32,000 nucleotides of DNA from Candidatus Karelsulcia muelleri (GTDB taxonomy: Bacteria; Bacteroidota; Bacteroidia; Flavobacteriales; Blattabacteriaceae). Position 1 is the stretch's first letter. Each line of letters begins with the position of its first letter. The position numbers and the translations under genes are program-made. Under the pieces are notes generated by a model, which saw nothing but the letters and a program-made list of their open reading frames with translations, did not search any database and was not told the origin of the DNA. Where the stretch lies: the NCBI RefSeq assembly GCF_022985615.1, contig NZ_CP094965.1:120001-152000 (forward strand), read 5' to 3'. Shown here in pieces: positions 7,203 through 17,314 of this stretch.

Positions 7203-9287
7203 ATGGGAACAAAGTTAAAATATACAAGAAATATTGGCTTTGCTGCTCATATAGATGCTGGTAAAACCACTACGACAGAAAGAATATTATTCTATACTGG
7301 AATAAATCACAAACTTGGAGAAGTTCATGAAGGGACTGCTACTATGGATTGGATGGCACAAGAACAAGAGAGAGGAATAACAATAACTTCTGCTGCTACA
7401 CGTTGTGAATGGAAAAATAATGATAAGATATATAAAATTAACATTATAGATACACCAGGTCATGTAGATTTTACGGTGGAAGTTGAAAGATCGTTAAGAA
7501 TATTAGATGGCTTGGTGATTTTATTTAGTGCAGTGGATGGGGTGGAACCCCAATCAGAAAATATTTGGTTACAAGCTGACAAATATAAAGTACCCAGAAT
7601 TTGTTTTATTAATAAAATGGATCGTCAAGGTGCAAGTTTTTTTGAAGTTTGTGATCAAATAGAAAAAGTACTAGATACTAATTGTTTGATCTTACAAATT
7701 CCTATAGGGAATGAAGAAAATTTTAAAGGAATTGTAGATATAATTTCTAATAAAGCCTTTATATGGAATGAAATTGACTTTGGCAGAACCTTAAAAGAAA
7801 TCCCAATTCCTTCGAATTTAATAAAATTGACTGAAGAATATCGTAAAAAAATGATAGAAAGGTTAGCTGAGGGTGATAGTAAACTTTTTGATAAATACTT
7901 TGATTCAAAAAACCAAATCACTGAAGAGGAGATAATAACTACTATAAAAAAACAGACCTTAAAACTGGAAATAACTCCTGTTATTTGTGGTTCAGCTTTC
8001 AAAAATAAAGGAATACAATATATTTTGGATGCAATATGCAGATTTCTGCCCTCACCGATAGAATGTAAAAAGATATACGGTTATAGTGTGAAGGAAAAAA
8101 AAAAAAAAAAGATTATTCCAAAGATTAATAACCCTTTTTCAGCTTTAGCATTTAAAATTTCTTCTGATCCTTTTGTTGGAAAATTGACTTTTTTTAGAGT
8201 ATATTCAGGAAAAATAAAATCTGGATCTTATGTTTTAAACAGTAGAACAAATAAGAAAGAAAGGATTTCAAGAATTTATCAAATGCATGCTAATAAACAA
8301 AATCCTATTAATTTAATTAAAACTGGTGATATTGGTGCAGCAGTAGGGATTAAAAATATTAAAACTGGAGATACTCTATGTGATATTAATAATCCAATTT
8401 TTTTAGAAAAGATATTTTTCCCAGATACAGTAATTGGCTTAGCTATTGAACCTAAATACAAATCAGATATAGATAAAATGAGTATGGCACTATCAAAATT
8501 AATAGTAGAAGATCCCTCATTACAAATTCGTAATGAGAAAACCACTGGACAAACAATAATTTCAGGAATGGGAGAGTTACATTTAGAGATTATTCTTGAT
8601 AGAATGAAAAGAGAATTTAACGTTGAAGTTAATAAAGGAAAGCCCCAAGTAGAATATAAAGAAATATTAACTAAAAAAGTTCTTCACAGAGAAATATATA
8701 AAAAACAAACTGGTGGAAAAGGTAAATATGCTGATATTCTATTTCAGATTGAACCAATAAAAAAAGATTTCCAAGGCTTAAAATTTGTAAACAAAGTAAA
8801 AGGAGGAAATATTCCGACAGAATTTATTCCTTCAATAGAAAAGGGATTTAAAGAATCTTTAAGAAATGGGCCTTTAGCAGGATACGAAATAGAAAAAGCT
8901 AAAATTATTTTACTTGATGGATCATATCATACAGTAGATTCCGATCAACTATCTTTTGAGTTAGTTAGTAAAATAGGGTTTAAAAATGCAGCTAAAAAAG
9001 CTAATCCATATCTTTTAGAACCTTTTATGAAGTTGGAAGTTTTTACTCCTCAAAAATATATGGGTATTATTGTTGGTGATCTTAATCGTAGAAGAGGTGT
9101 AATTCAAGGAATGGAAGATAAGCGAAAAAATGTAAAAATTATTAAAGCAGTAGTTCCACTCTCTGAAATGTTTGGATATGTCACTTCTTTAAGGACTTTA
9201 TCTTCGGGAAGAGCCACCTCAATAATGATGTTTTCTCATTATCAGAAAGCCCCTGAAAGGATTTGTAATAAAATAATATATAAATAA
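7203..9287 (+). CDS. fusA: translation elongation factor G
   Basis: 694-aa ORF. G1 AHIDAGKTT, G3 DTPGHVDF and G4 NKMD are present, with full domains II-V. It contains an A16 homopolymer at 8095-8110. Confidence 0.97.
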   Translation: MGTKLKYTRNIGFAAHIDAGKTTTTERILFYTGINHKLGEVHEGTATMDWMAQEQERGITITSAATRCEWKNNDKIYKINIIDTPGHVDFTVEVERSLRILDGLVILFSAVDGVEPQSENIWLQADKYKVPRICFINKMDRQGASFFEVCDQIEKVLDTNCLILQIPIGNEENFKGIVDIISNKAFIWNEIDFGRTLKEIPIPSNLIKLTEEYRKKMIERLAEGDSKLFDKYFDSKNQITEEEIITTIKKQTLKLEITPVICGSAFKNKGIQYILDAICRFLPSPIECKKIYGYSVKEKKKKKIIPKINNPFSALAFKISSDPFVGKLTFFRVYSGKIKSGSYVLNSRTNKKERISRIYQMHANKQNPINLIKTGDIGAAVGIKNIKTGDTLCDINNPIFLEKIFFPDTVIGLAIEPKYKSDIDKMSMALSKLIVEDPSLQIRNEKTTGQTIISGMGELHLEIILDRMKREFNVEVNKGKPQVEYKEILTKKVLHREIYKKQTGGKGKYADILFQIEPIKKDFQGLKFVNKVKGGNIPTEFIPSIEKGFKESLRNGPLAGYEIEKAKIILLDGSYHTVDSDQLSFELVSKIGFKNAAKKANPYLLEPFMKLEVFTPQKYMGIIVGDLNRRRGVIQGMEDKRKNVKIIKAVVPLSEMFGYVTSLRTLSSGRATSIMMFSHYQKAPERICNKIIYK

Positions 9288-9289
9288 AT

Positions 9290-9583
9290 ATGTTAAATTA
9301 TAAAATTAAAATAAAAGCATTTGACGGCTATATATTAAACCTATCAGTAATAAAAATTATTAATTACATTTCAAAGCAGAATATAAAAGTTATTGGACCA
9401 ATTACCTTACCAACTAAAAAAAAAATATATACCATTTTAAGATCTCCTCATGTACATAAAAAATCAAGAGAACAATTTAAATTGTTCATCCATAAAAGAT
9501 TTTTAGTGGTATATAATGTAAAAAAGATTTTAAAACCAATTGATCTCCCTAGTGGAGTAAAATTAGAAATAAAAAAATGTTAG
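9290..9583 (+). CDS. rpsJ: 30S ribosomal protein S10
   Basis: 97-aa [26 protein letters not shown] is the S10 signature, and the gene follows fusA as expected. Confidence 0.92.
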   Translation: MLNYKIKIKAFDGYILNLSVIKIINYISKQNIKVIGPITLPTKKKIYTILRSPHVHKKSREQFKLFIHKRFLVVYNVKKILKPIDLPSGVKLEIKKC

Positions 9584-10224
9584 GACTAATTGGAAAGAAG
9601 ATAGGTATGACTAGTTATTTTAATAAATTAGGTTACTGTATACCCTGTACAGTAATAAAAGCTGGACCTTGTACAGTATTACAAAAAAAAAGTATAAAAA
9701 AAGATGGCTATTATTCTATTCAACTAGGGTTTGAAGATAAAAAAAAGAAAAAAACTAATAAACCTTTATTAGGCCATTTTAAGAAATTTAACTCCTCTCC
9801 GAAAAAAAGAATATTTGAATTTGCAGGTAATTTTTTAAATTCTCCAGGAGATATAATAAAAGTAGATTTATTTAAAGAAAATGATAAAGTAGACATAGTA
9901 GGAAAATCGAAAGGTAAAGGATTTCAAGGGGTTGTAAAGCGTCACGGTTTTTCAGGAGTGGGTGAAAAAACACATGGTCAACATAATCGTTCTCGTGCAC
10001 CTGGTTCAATTGGTGCAGGTTCCAATCCATCAAGAGTGTTCAAAGGGACCCGAATGGCTGGAAGAATGGGTGGAAAAAGAAGAACGATAAAAAATTTAAA
10101 GATTTTAAAAATAGATTTTAAAAGAAATTTATTAATAGTAAAAGGTTCAGTACCCGGTCACCAAAATTCTTATTTATTAATAAAAATAAAATTGGATAAA
10201 AATGATAATAGAAATTTTAAATAA
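9577..10224 (+). CDS. rplC: 50S ribosomal protein L3
   Basis: [15 protein letters not shown]..., [19 protein letters not shown] and [33 protein letters not shown] match L3. Confidence 0.95.
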   Translation: MLGLIGKKIGMTSYFNKLGYCIPCTVIKAGPCTVLQKKSIKKDGYYSIQLGFEDKKKKKTNKPLLGHFKKFNSSPKKRIFEFAGNFLNSPGDIIKVDLFKENDKVDIVGKSKGKGFQGVVKRHGFSGVGEKTHGQHNRSRAPGSIGAGSNPSRVFKGTRMAGRMGGKRRTIKNLKILKIDFKRNLLIVKGSVPGHQNSYLLIKIKLDKNDNRNFK

Positions 10225-10849
10225 AAAGGGTTTAAAAACTGGTAGAAAAATAAAATTTAATTATAATTTTCTTTACAATAATATTAATATAAAAACTAAA
10301 AAACATCTAATTTATTTAGAAATTAAAAGATTTTTAGCTGCACAAAGACAAGGTAGTCATCAAACTAAAGGAAGGAGTCAGATTCAAGGAAGTAATAAAA
10401 AAATTCAGAAACAAAAAGGAAGTGGTAATGCTAGAAAAGGTGATAGAAAAAATCCTTTATTTGTTGGTGGGGGGAGAATTTTCGGTCCAGTTAAAAGAAA
10501 GTATAATTTAAAATTAAATAAAAAGATAAAAAAGCTGGCTATAAAAATTTTATTTTATGAAAAATTTATAAATAAAAAAATTAAAATTATTGCATCTTTT
10601 CCATTAAAAGAAATTTCAACAAAGAAAATAATAAAGCTGTTAAAAGTATTAAATATATTTAAAAAAAAAATATTATTTATTACTAATAAAAGAGAGAAAA
10701 AGCTCTATTTTTCTTCTAGAAACTTGAAAAATGTAAAAATTATAAATATAATAAATGGAATAAACAGTTATGATATAGCAAAAGCTTATTACTTGATAAT
10801 TAAAGAAAATTCAATAAAATATTTAGAAAATATGTTAAATAAGAGCTAA
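10202..10849 (+). CDS. rplD: 50S ribosomal protein L4
   Basis: [49 protein letters not shown] is the L4 core, and the operon position fits. Confidence 0.9.
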   Translation: MIIEILNKKGLKTGRKIKFNYNFLYNNINIKTKKHLIYLEIKRFLAAQRQGSHQTKGRSQIQGSNKKIQKQKGSGNARKGDRKNPLFVGGGRIFGPVKRKYNLKLNKKIKKLAIKILFYEKFINKKIKIIASFPLKEISTKKIIKLLKVLNIFKKKILFITNKREKKLYFSSRNLKNVKIINIINGINSYDIAKAYYLIIKENSIKYLENMLNKS

Positions 10850-10854
10850 AAAAG

Positions 10855-11172
10855 GTGAGTGAAAAGAGAATAAAATTCCTCTTTTATAAAGAGTATATAA
10901 ATAAAAACTTAAGTAAAAAAATAAAACCAATTATAACTGAAAAAGCTATATTTACCAATATATCAAATAATTATTATACTTTTATTTTTCCTATTTATTT
11001 TAATAAAAAGGAAATTTCAAAATATCTACAGAGAGTTTATAGAATTAAGATAACCAAGTTACATACTAATATTTATTATAAAAAAAAGAGTAATAAAAGA
11101 ATATTGAAAAAAACTTTTTCAGGAAAAAACATAAAATTTAAAAAGGCTTTTTTTAAAGTAAAAGATTTTTAA
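10855..11172 (+). CDS. rplW: 50S ribosomal protein L23 (GTG start)
   Basis: 105-aa ORF between rplD and rplB. IKPIITEKA...YTFIFPIYFNKKEISKYLQRVYRIKI fits the L23 pattern. The only in-frame start is GTG at 10855. Confidence 0.8.
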   Translation: MSEKRIKFLFYKEYINKNLSKKIKPIITEKAIFTNISNNYYTFIFPIYFNKKEISKYLQRVYRIKITKLHTNIYYKKKSNKRILKKTFSGKNIKFKKAFFKVKDF

Positions 11173-11173
11173 A

Positions 11174-12001
11174 ATGCCAATTAAGAGAAAAAACCCCATT
11201 ACGCCAAGTCAAAGGTTTCAGATATTAAATAAATTTTCTGAAATAACTAAAACAAAACCAGAGAAATCTCTGGTTTTTGGGCTTTCAAAAAAAGGAGGAA
11301 GAAATAATACTGGAAAAATTACGATGAAATATATCGGAGGAGGACATAAAAAAAAATATAGAATAATAGATTTTAAAAGAAAAAAAAGGGGAATTCCTGC
11401 TATAGTTAAATCTATAGAATATGACCCAAATAGATCTTGTTTTATTTCACTTTTACATTATATAGATGGTGAAAAAAAGTATATTTTATCTATTAAAGGA
11501 CTTACAGTTGGACAAAAAATATTATCTGATGAAATTACAGAACCAAAAATAGGAAATGCAATGTTATTAAAAAATATCCCTTTAGGAAGTATTATTTGCT
11601 GTATTGAATTGTACCCTAATTGTGGTGCTGCATTAGCTCGTAGTGCTGGAACATCGGTACAATTAATTGCGAAAAAAGAAAAATATTGTACTTTGAAATT
11701 ACCATCAGGTGAAACCCGAATGGTATTATCTAATTGTCTGGCAACTATTGGTTCAGTATCAAATCAAGATCATAAATTAGTAATTTCAGGAAAAGCTGGA
11801 AGAAACCGTAGGTTAGGAAGAAGACCTCGAACAAGAGGAGTAGCTATGAATCCAGTTGATCACCCAATGGGTGGTGGTGAAGGAAAAGCCTCAGGAGGCC
11901 ATCCAAGAAATCGAAATGGAATTCCTTCACATGGTTTTAAAACACGTAAGAAAAACAAAAAATCCAATAAATATATTATAATAAAAAAAAAAAATAAGTA
12001 G
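11174..12001 (+). CDS. rplB: 50S ribosomal protein L2
   Basis: [29 protein letters not shown] and [18 protein letters not shown] match L2. The gene ends in TAG (11999-12001). Confidence 0.97.
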   Translation: MPIKRKNPITPSQRFQILNKFSEITKTKPEKSLVFGLSKKGGRNNTGKITMKYIGGGHKKKYRIIDFKRKKRGIPAIVKSIEYDPNRSCFISLLHYIDGEKKYILSIKGLTVGQKILSDEITEPKIGNAMLLKNIPLGSIICCIELYPNCGAALARSAGTSVQLIAKKEKYCTLKLPSGETRMVLSNCLATIGSVSNQDHKLVISGKAGRNRRLGRRPRTRGVAMNPVDHPMGGGEGKASGGHPRNRNGIPSHGFKTRKKNKKSNKYIIIKKKNK

Positions 12002-12009
12002 TAATAATT

Positions 12010-12300
12010 ATGCCACGTTCATTGAAAAAAGGGCCATTTATTAATTACAAATTGATTAAAAAAATAGTAATTAATAATAGATTAAAAACAAAGAAAATAA
12101 TAAAAACTTGGTCAAGAGCTTCAACAATAACTCCAGAATTTATAGGAAATTCAATTGCAGTTCATAATGGGAAAAAATTCATGACAATTTATATTTCAGA
12201 AAATATGGTAGGACATAAATTAGGAGAATTTTCTCCTACTCGAAATTTTCGTAGTCATTCTGGAGCTAAAAAAATAAAGCCTACTCGAAATAAAAAGTAA
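12010..12300 (+). CDS. rpsS: 30S ribosomal protein S19
   Basis: [15 protein letters not shown]...[25 protein letters not shown]...[18 protein letters not shown] is a canonical S19. Confidence 0.96.
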   Translation: MPRSLKKGPFINYKLIKKIVINNRLKTKKIIKTWSRASTITPEFIGNSIAVHNGKKFMTIYISENMVGHKLGEFSPTRNFRSHSGAKKIKPTRNKK

Positions 12301-12635
12301 TGTTTAAAAACAAAAAATTAGATTTCTATTATAAATCTAATAATATTAATTATTCAAAAATTAAGCTGATAAAATTAATTAATATTATTAAGTCGAAAAA
12401 TATTGAAGATATAATGAATTTATTGATAAATTTTAAAACAAAAGGAGCAATACTTTTAAAAGAGATAATTTTGAATGCTTATAAGAATTTTAGGAGACAA
12501 TCCCCCAAAAAAAATGTATATATAAAAAACATTATAATTAACAAAAGCCGAATTTTTAAAAAAATTAGGCCAACTTCACAGGGTAGAGCTAAGAAAATAA
12601 AAAAACAATTTTTTAAAATGATTTTGATTTTTTAA
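12300..12635 (+). CDS. rplV: 50S ribosomal protein L22
   Basis: 111-aa ORF in the expected slot. The C-terminal RPTSQGRAKKIKKQ resembles the L22 RprAkGRA..I.KRtsH block. The 3' end is altered by a 19-bp duplication. Confidence 0.82.
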   Translation: MFKNKKLDFYYKSNNINYSKIKLIKLINIIKSKNIEDIMNLLINFKTKGAILLKEIILNAYKNFRRQSPKKNVYIKNIIINKSRIFKKIRPTSQGRAKKIKKQFFKMILIF

Positions 12636-12646
12636 AATGATTTTGA
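12609..12646. repeat. perfect 19-bp tandem duplication across the rplV 3' end
   Basis: TTTTTTAAAATGATTTTGA occurs twice back to back. The unit is not a multiple of 3, and the current rplV stop (12633-12635) lies in copy 2. Confidence 0.9.
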
Positions 12647-12671
12647 TACTTTACCAGGAAAAAAAGAAAAA

Positions 12672-13370
12672 ATGGGACAAAAGGTAAATCCGATAGCCAA
12701 TCGGCTAGGAATCTCAACTTGCTGGAAATCAATATGGTATAGTGAAAAGTTTAATCAGCTGAAAGAAGATTTAGAAATACGAAAATATCTAAATATTAGA
12801 TTAGCAAAATCTTATTTATCATACATATATATAGAACGAAAAAAGTATAAAATTTTTATTACAATTTACTCTTCAAGACCTGTAATAATTATTGGAAAAG
12901 GCGGTAATGAAATAGAAAAATTAAAAAAAGAAATTAATAAAATTACTAAGAAAAAAATAAATATTAATATACTAGAAGTAAAGATCCCAGAAATAGAAGC
13001 TCTCTTGATTGCAAGAAACCTTGCAAATCAAATTGAAAATCGTCTACCATATAAAAAAGCTATAAAATTCGCAATAAATTCTGCATTACGTAAAAAGGTA
13101 GAAGGGATCAAAATTAAAATTTCTGGTCGTTTAAATGGAACTGAAATGGCACGTACGGAATTTTATAAAGAAGGAAGAATTCCTTTTTCGACTTTTAGAG
13201 CTAACATAGATTATTCAACTTATGAAGCTCATACTACTTATGGGAAAATAGGGATAAAAGTATGGCTTATGAAAGGAGTAGTATATAATAAAAAAGAATT
13301 ATATCTCTATCTCTTAAGACCTAAAAAGAAAAAAAAAACAAGTACTTATGCTAAAGCCAAAAATAAATAA
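12672..13370 (+). CDS. rpsC: 30S ribosomal protein S3
   Basis: [19 protein letters not shown], the KH block [13 protein letters not shown], and [30 protein letters not shown] match S3. Confidence 0.96.
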   Translation: MGQKVNPIANRLGISTCWKSIWYSEKFNQLKEDLEIRKYLNIRLAKSYLSYIYIERKKYKIFITIYSSRPVIIIGKGGNEIEKLKKEINKITKKKININILEVKIPEIEALLIARNLANQIENRLPYKKAIKFAINSALRKKVEGIKIKISGRLNGTEMARTEFYKEGRIPFSTFRANIDYSTYEAHTTYGKIGIKVWLMKGVVYNKKELYLYLLRPKKKKKTSTYAKAKNK

Positions 13371-13755
13371 ATTTGATAAACTCCATAAAGGCCGAATAAA
13401 AGGATATGCTAAAAAAGGTACAAAACTTCACTTTGGGATATTTGGACTAAAAACTTTAGATACAGCTTGGCTTTCAGATAGACAAATAGAAGCAGCACGT
13501 ATAGCAGCTACACGACATATGAAAAGACAAGGAAAATTATGGATCAATATTTTTCCTAATAAGCCTATTACAAAAAAACCTCAAGAAGTTAGAATGGGTA
13601 AAGGAAAAGGGGCTATAGACCATTGGGTGGCTGTGGTAAAACCTGGGAGAATATTAATAGAAATCGATGGAGTAAATTTGGAAATAGGAAAAGAAGCTTT
13701 AAGATTAGCTGCTAATAAATTGCCAATAAGAACAAAATTAATTTTAAAAGGATGA
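13348..13755 (+). CDS. rplP: 50S ribosomal protein L16
   Basis: [19 protein letters not shown]..., [44 protein letters not shown] match L16. Confidence 0.96.
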   Translation: MLKPKINKFDKLHKGRIKGYAKKGTKLHFGIFGLKTLDTAWLSDRQIEAARIAATRHMKRQGKLWINIFPNKPITKKPQEVRMGKGKGAIDHWVAVVKPGRILIEIDGVNLEIGKEALRLAANKLPIRTKLILKG

Positions 13756-13991
13756 GGAAAAAAAAAAGAATTGGTATAATATTAAGTGATAAAATGAATA
13801 AAACAAGAGTAGTAGGTGAAGTAGTAAAAAGAAAACATAAGATTTATAAAAAGAATATTTATTATACCAGAAAATATTTTGTTCACGATGAAAAAAATAA
13901 ATCCAATAAAGGGAATACAGTAGAAATAATTTTTACACGACCATTAAGTAAGAAGAAACGTTGGAATTTATTTAAAATAATAAAATGTTAA
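13752..13991 (+). CDS. rpsQ: 30S ribosomal protein S17
   Basis: [16 protein letters not shown]...HKIYKK...[31 protein letters not shown] matches S17. It overlaps rplP by 4 nt, so there is no room for rpmC. Confidence 0.92.
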   Translation: MRKKKRIGIILSDKMNKTRVVGEVVKRKHKIYKKNIYYTRKYFVHDEKNKSNKGNTVEIIFTRPLSKKKRWNLFKIIKC

Positions 13992-14006
13992 TGTTAAGAA
14001 TCAAAT

Positions 14007-14375
14007 ATGTTACAACAAGAATCATTTCTTAATGTTGCTGATAACACGGGTGCAAAAAAAGTTTTATTAATCCGTGTATTAGGAGGTACTAAAAAAAACT
14101 ATGCTTCTCTTGGCGATACTATTATAGTAACAGTTAAAAATTCAATTGCTGGATCTACCATCAAAAAAGGACAAGTCACAAAAGCAGTAGTAGTTCGAAC
14201 AAAATATAAAGTTAAACGCAAGGATGGATCATATATAAGTTTCGATGATAATGCCTGTGTTTTATTATCAAAAAGTGGCGAAATTAGAGGTACTAGAATC
14301 TTTGGGCCAGTGGCAAGAGAATTAAGAGAAAAAGAATATATGAAAATAATTTCATTAGCTGTAGAAGTATTATAA
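14007..14375 (+). CDS. rplN: 50S ribosomal protein L14
   Basis: [27 protein letters not shown]...[19 protein letters not shown] is a canonical L14. Confidence 0.97.
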   Translation: MLQQESFLNVADNTGAKKVLLIRVLGGTKKNYASLGDTIIVTVKNSIAGSTIKKGQVTKAVVVRTKYKVKRKDGSYISFDDNACVLLSKSGEIRGTRIFGPVARELREKEYMKIISLAVEVL

Positions 14376-14382
14376 TATTAAA

Positions 14383-14715
14383 ATGAAAATTAAAACTAAA
14401 GATACTATATTAATTAATAGTGGGAATTCTAAAGGCAAGAAAGGGCAAGTTATAAAGATTATAAAAAAGAAAAAGAGAGCTTTAGTAAAACTTTTCAATC
14501 AGCAATTAATTGAAATTGATTTATCGAATATACTTTTAATATATAGACCCTCTTATAATTATAAGAGTTTTGACAAAGTCCAAAAACTTTTAATTAAAGT
14601 GAGAAAAATAAATAAAAAATTAAATTCTTTCTTTTCGATAGAAGAATTAAAGAATTTATTAAAGATTAGAGATTTAGAAAATATTAAACTTAGAAAGAAT
14701 GAATTATTTACCTAG
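14383..14715 (+). CDS. rplX: 50S ribosomal protein L24 (KOW domain conserved, C-terminal half highly divergent)
   Basis: The N-terminal KTKDTILINSGNSKGKKGQVIKI is the L24 KOW motif, and the gene lies between rplN and rplE. The remainder is hard to align apart from ...IEIDLSNILLI. Confidence 0.75.
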   Translation: MKIKTKDTILINSGNSKGKKGQVIKIIKKKKRALVKLFNQQLIEIDLSNILLIYRPSYNYKSFDKVQKLLIKVRKINKKLNSFFSIEELKNLLKIRDLENIKLRKNELFT

Positions 14716-15244
14716 ATTGAAAAAAAAATACAATGAAGAGATTAAATTAAAATTAAAAAAAAAGTTTCTATATGAAGGTATAATGCAAATTCCCAAATTA
14801 ACTAAAATAGTAATAAATCAAGGTATTAACAGATCTATATATGATAAAAATACATTAAATAATGCAATTGAAAATATTTCTTTAATATCTGGACAGAAAG
14901 CAATTTTTTGCCAATCAAAACGTGATGAATCAGGATTTCAACTAAGAAAAGGAACACCTATCAGTGTAAAAGTCACACTACGCAGAAATAGAATGTATGA
15001 ATTTTTAGATAGATTAATAAATATTGTTTTACCTAGAGTTCGTGATTTCAATGGAGTAAATAAAAAGAGTTTTGATGGAAAAGGAAATTATAATTTAGGA
15101 ATTCGTGAACAAATTATCTTTCCAGAAATAAAAAAAGATTTTAAAAAAAATATAGGAATGAATATTACTTTTGTGACTACTGCTAAAAAAGATAAAGAAG
15201 CTAAATATTTATTATATTTATTTGGTCTTCCTTTTAAAAAATAA
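14699..15244 (+). CDS. rplE: 50S ribosomal protein L5
   Basis: [15 protein letters not shown]...[13 protein letters not shown]...[19 protein letters not shown]...[20 protein letters not shown] matches L5. Confidence 0.95.
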   Translation: MNYLPRLKKKYNEEIKLKLKKKFLYEGIMQIPKLTKIVINQGINRSIYDKNTLNNAIENISLISGQKAIFCQSKRDESGFQLRKGTPISVKVTLRRNRMYEFLDRLINIVLPRVRDFNGVNKKSFDGKGNYNLGIREQIIFPEIKKDFKKNIGMNITFVTTAKKDKEAKYLLYLFGLPFKK

Positions 15245-15248
15245 AATT

Positions 15249-15518
15249 ATGTCTAAAGAATCTATAAAAGCTAGACAAAAAAAACGTAGAATTTTAGTTG
15301 AGAAATATGCTAAAAAAAGAGCTTATTATAAGAAAATAGGAGATAATATAAATTTACAAAAATTGCCTAAAAATGCTTCTCCAGTTCGTTTACATAATAT
15401 TTGTAAGCTCACTGGGAGAACTAAAGGTTATATTCGCAAATTTGGGGTCTCACGATTAGAATTTAGACGATTAGCCTCTCAAGGTTTAATTCCAGGAGTA
15501 AGAAAAGCTAGTTGGTAA
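15249..15518 (+). CDS. rpsN: 30S ribosomal protein S14
   Basis: [24 protein letters not shown]... and ...[43 protein letters not shown] match S14. I prefer ATG 15249 over the TTG-extended ORF at 15222, which overlaps the rplE end. Confidence 0.93.
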   Translation: MSKESIKARQKKRRILVEKYAKKRAYYKKIGDNINLQKLPKNASPVRLHNICKLTGRTKGYIRKFGVSRLEFRRLASQGLIPGVRKASW

Positions 15519-15530
15519 AAAAATAAAAGA

Positions 15531-15920
15531 ATGATTACAGATCCAATTGCCGATTGTTTAACAAGAATTAGAAATGGGTGCCTATCTAAGAAAGATATTA
15601 TTTATATACAATATTCGAAAGTTATAAAAAATATTCTTAAAATTTTCCTTGAACAAGGGTTTATAGGAAATTATAAATTAAAAACAAATAAAATAATAAA
15701 GGTATATTTAAAATATATTTATCCTAAAAAAAACTCGGTAATTAAATATATTAAAAGAATAAGTAAACCAAGTTTAAGAAAATATTCAAGTAGTAAAAAT
15801 TTACCTAGAGTTCTTAATGGGTTAGGAATAGCTATTATATCAACCTCAAAAGGAATAATTACTGATAAATTAGCTAGAAAAAAAAAACTAGGTGGTGAAA
15901 TAATTTGTTATGTATATTAA
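15531..15920 (+). CDS. rpsH: 30S ribosomal protein S8
   Basis: [16 protein letters not shown]... and ...[33 protein letters not shown] match S8. Confidence 0.96.
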   Translation: MITDPIADCLTRIRNGCLSKKDIIYIQYSKVIKNILKIFLEQGFIGNYKLKTNKIIKVYLKYIYPKKNSVIKYIKRISKPSLRKYSSSKNLPRVLNGLGIAIISTSKGIITDKLARKKKLGGEIICYVY

Positions 15921-15936
15921 ATAATATAAAAGCTTC

Positions 15937-16503
15937 ATGTCTAGAATTGGAAAAAGAAATATTATTATACCCAAGAATATTTTAATTAAAATTAAAAATA
16001 AGGTAATTTCTGTAACTGGTCCTCTTGGAAAACTTTCTCTTCAAATAAGAGGGAACCTAAAAATAGAAAGGGCAGAAAATAAAATAACAATAAAAAGAAG
16101 AGAGAATAATAAATATAATAAATATAATAAATCTCTACATGGATTATACAGAATGCTAATTAATAATATGATTATTGGTGTATTATATGGTTTTAAAAAA
16201 GAATTAGAATTGAAAGGAGTAGGTTATAAAGTTGCTTTAGATAATGAAAAAAAAGTATTAGAATTTAACTTAGGCTACTCTCATAATATAGTAATGAATT
16301 TCCCCAAAGACTTAAAAGTAGAAATAAAAAATGAAATGAACAAAAATCCTCGTATTATTTTAATGTCATATGATAAACAATTATTGGGGATATTTGCGGC
16401 TAAAATAAGATCTTTAAGAAAACCTGATCCTTATAAAGGCAAAGGAATTCGTTATATTAATGAATATATTATTAAAAAAGCAGGTAAATCGACTGTTAAA
16501 TAA
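15937..16503 (+). CDS. rplF: 50S ribosomal protein L6
   Basis: MSRIGKRNIIIPKN...V.GPLGKLS...LHGLYRMLINNMIIGV..GF.KELELKGVGYK...PDPYKGKGIRY matches L6. Confidence 0.94.
   Translation: MSRIGKRNIIIPKNILIKIKNKVISVTGPLGKLSLQIRGNLKIERAENKITIKRRENNKYNKYNKSLHGLYRMLINNMIIGVLYGFKKELELKGVGYKVALDNEKKVLEFNLGYSHNIVMNFPKDLKVEIKNEMNKNPRIILMSYDKQLLGIFAAKIRSLRKPDPYKGKGIRYINEYIIKKAGKSTVK
16108..16132. repeat. 9-bp tandem repeat (AATAAATAT, about 2.8 copies) inside rplF
   Basis: Direct reading. The protein shows NNKYNKYNKS, and the repeat is in-frame. Confidence 0.8.
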
Positions 16504-16516
16504 ATGAATTGCTTAT

Positions 16517-16804
16517 ATGAAAAAAAAAAGACCTAGAATTTCAGTCTTTAGAAGTAATAAGCAGATTTATGTTCAAATAATAGATGATGTTAATCATCAG
16601 ACTTTACTATCATATTCTTCGAAAAAAAAATCTAATTTAAAAATTACTAAAACTAAAATGGCAAGGAAAATAGGGATGATTTTAGGAGAAAAAGCCAAAA
16701 AAAGAGGTATTTATAAGTTAGTTTTTGATAGAAATGGATATTTATATCATGGTAGAGTTAAAGCTTTGGCAGAGGGTTTAAGAAAAACTGGTTTAAAATT
16801 TTAA
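16517..16804 (+). CDS. rplR: 50S ribosomal protein L18 (short N-terminus)
   Basis: RPRISVFRSNKQIYVQIIDD...VFDRNGYLYHGRVKALAEGLRKTGLKF matches L18. Confidence 0.93.
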   Translation: MKKKRPRISVFRSNKQIYVQIIDDVNHQTLLSYSSKKKSNLKITKTKMARKIGMILGEKAKKRGIYKLVFDRNGYLYHGRVKALAEGLRKTGLKF

Positions 16805-16807
16805 AAT

Positions 16808-17302
16808 ATGAAAGTACAAGGAAACAAATTAAAAGAGAAATTAGTAACTTTAAAAAGAGTATGTAAAGTCACAAAAGGAAGAAGATATTTCAGTTTTACA
16901 GCTTTAGTAGTTAAAGGAAATAAAAAGGGGTTAGTAGGTTTTGGGGTTGGCAAAGCTAAAGAACCACAAAACGCTATAAAAAAGGCTGGAGATAAAGCAG
17001 AAAAAAGATTGGTTAAAATATCATTAAAAAGGGGAACTATTCCTCATGAACAAAAAGCTAAACATGGCAGTACTTATATATTTCTTTATCCAGCTTCTGA
17101 AGGTACTGGAATAATTGCAGGTGGTGTGGTTAGAATAGTTTTAGAATTAGTAGGTGTAAAAAATATTTTCTCTAAATTGAATGGTTCATCTAATCCTAAT
17201 AATTGCATTAGGGCAGTAATATTAGCTTTAACAAAAATTAGAAATGCATATACTATTTCCAAAGAAAGAGGGATATCTATTAAAAAGATTTTTGAAGTTT
17301 AA
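16808..17302 (+). CDS. rpsE: 30S ribosomal protein S5
   Basis: LVTLKRVCKVTKGRRYFSFTALVVKGNKKGLVGFGVGKAKE...ASEGTGIIAGGVVRIVLELVGVKNI matches S5. Confidence 0.96.
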   Translation: MKVQGNKLKEKLVTLKRVCKVTKGRRYFSFTALVVKGNKKGLVGFGVGKAKEPQNAIKKAGDKAEKRLVKISLKRGTIPHEQKAKHGSTYIFLYPASEGTGIIAGGVVRIVLELVGVKNIFSKLNGSSNPNNCIRAVILALTKIRNAYTISKERGISIKKIFEV

Positions 17303-17314
17303 ATTTATTATACC

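Noticed and set aside
7655-8545. Minus-strand ORFs 7655-8002 and 8279-8545
   Set aside because: They lie entirely antisense within fusA, have hydrophobic low-complexity translations, and have no independent support.
14560-14715. Hidden L29 (rpmC) fused to the rplX tail (…[25 protein letters not shown]…)
   Set aside because: The resemblance to the L29 N-terminus (EEL...L...ELF.LR) is low-complexity Lys/Leu/Glu similarity with the elements in the wrong order. It is not enough to support homology.
15222-15248. TTG-initiated N-terminal extension of rpsN (MVFLLKNKI...)
   Set aside because: The extension overlaps the end of rplE and has no S14 similarity. The canonical S14 N-terminus [13 protein letters not shown] begins at ATG 15249.
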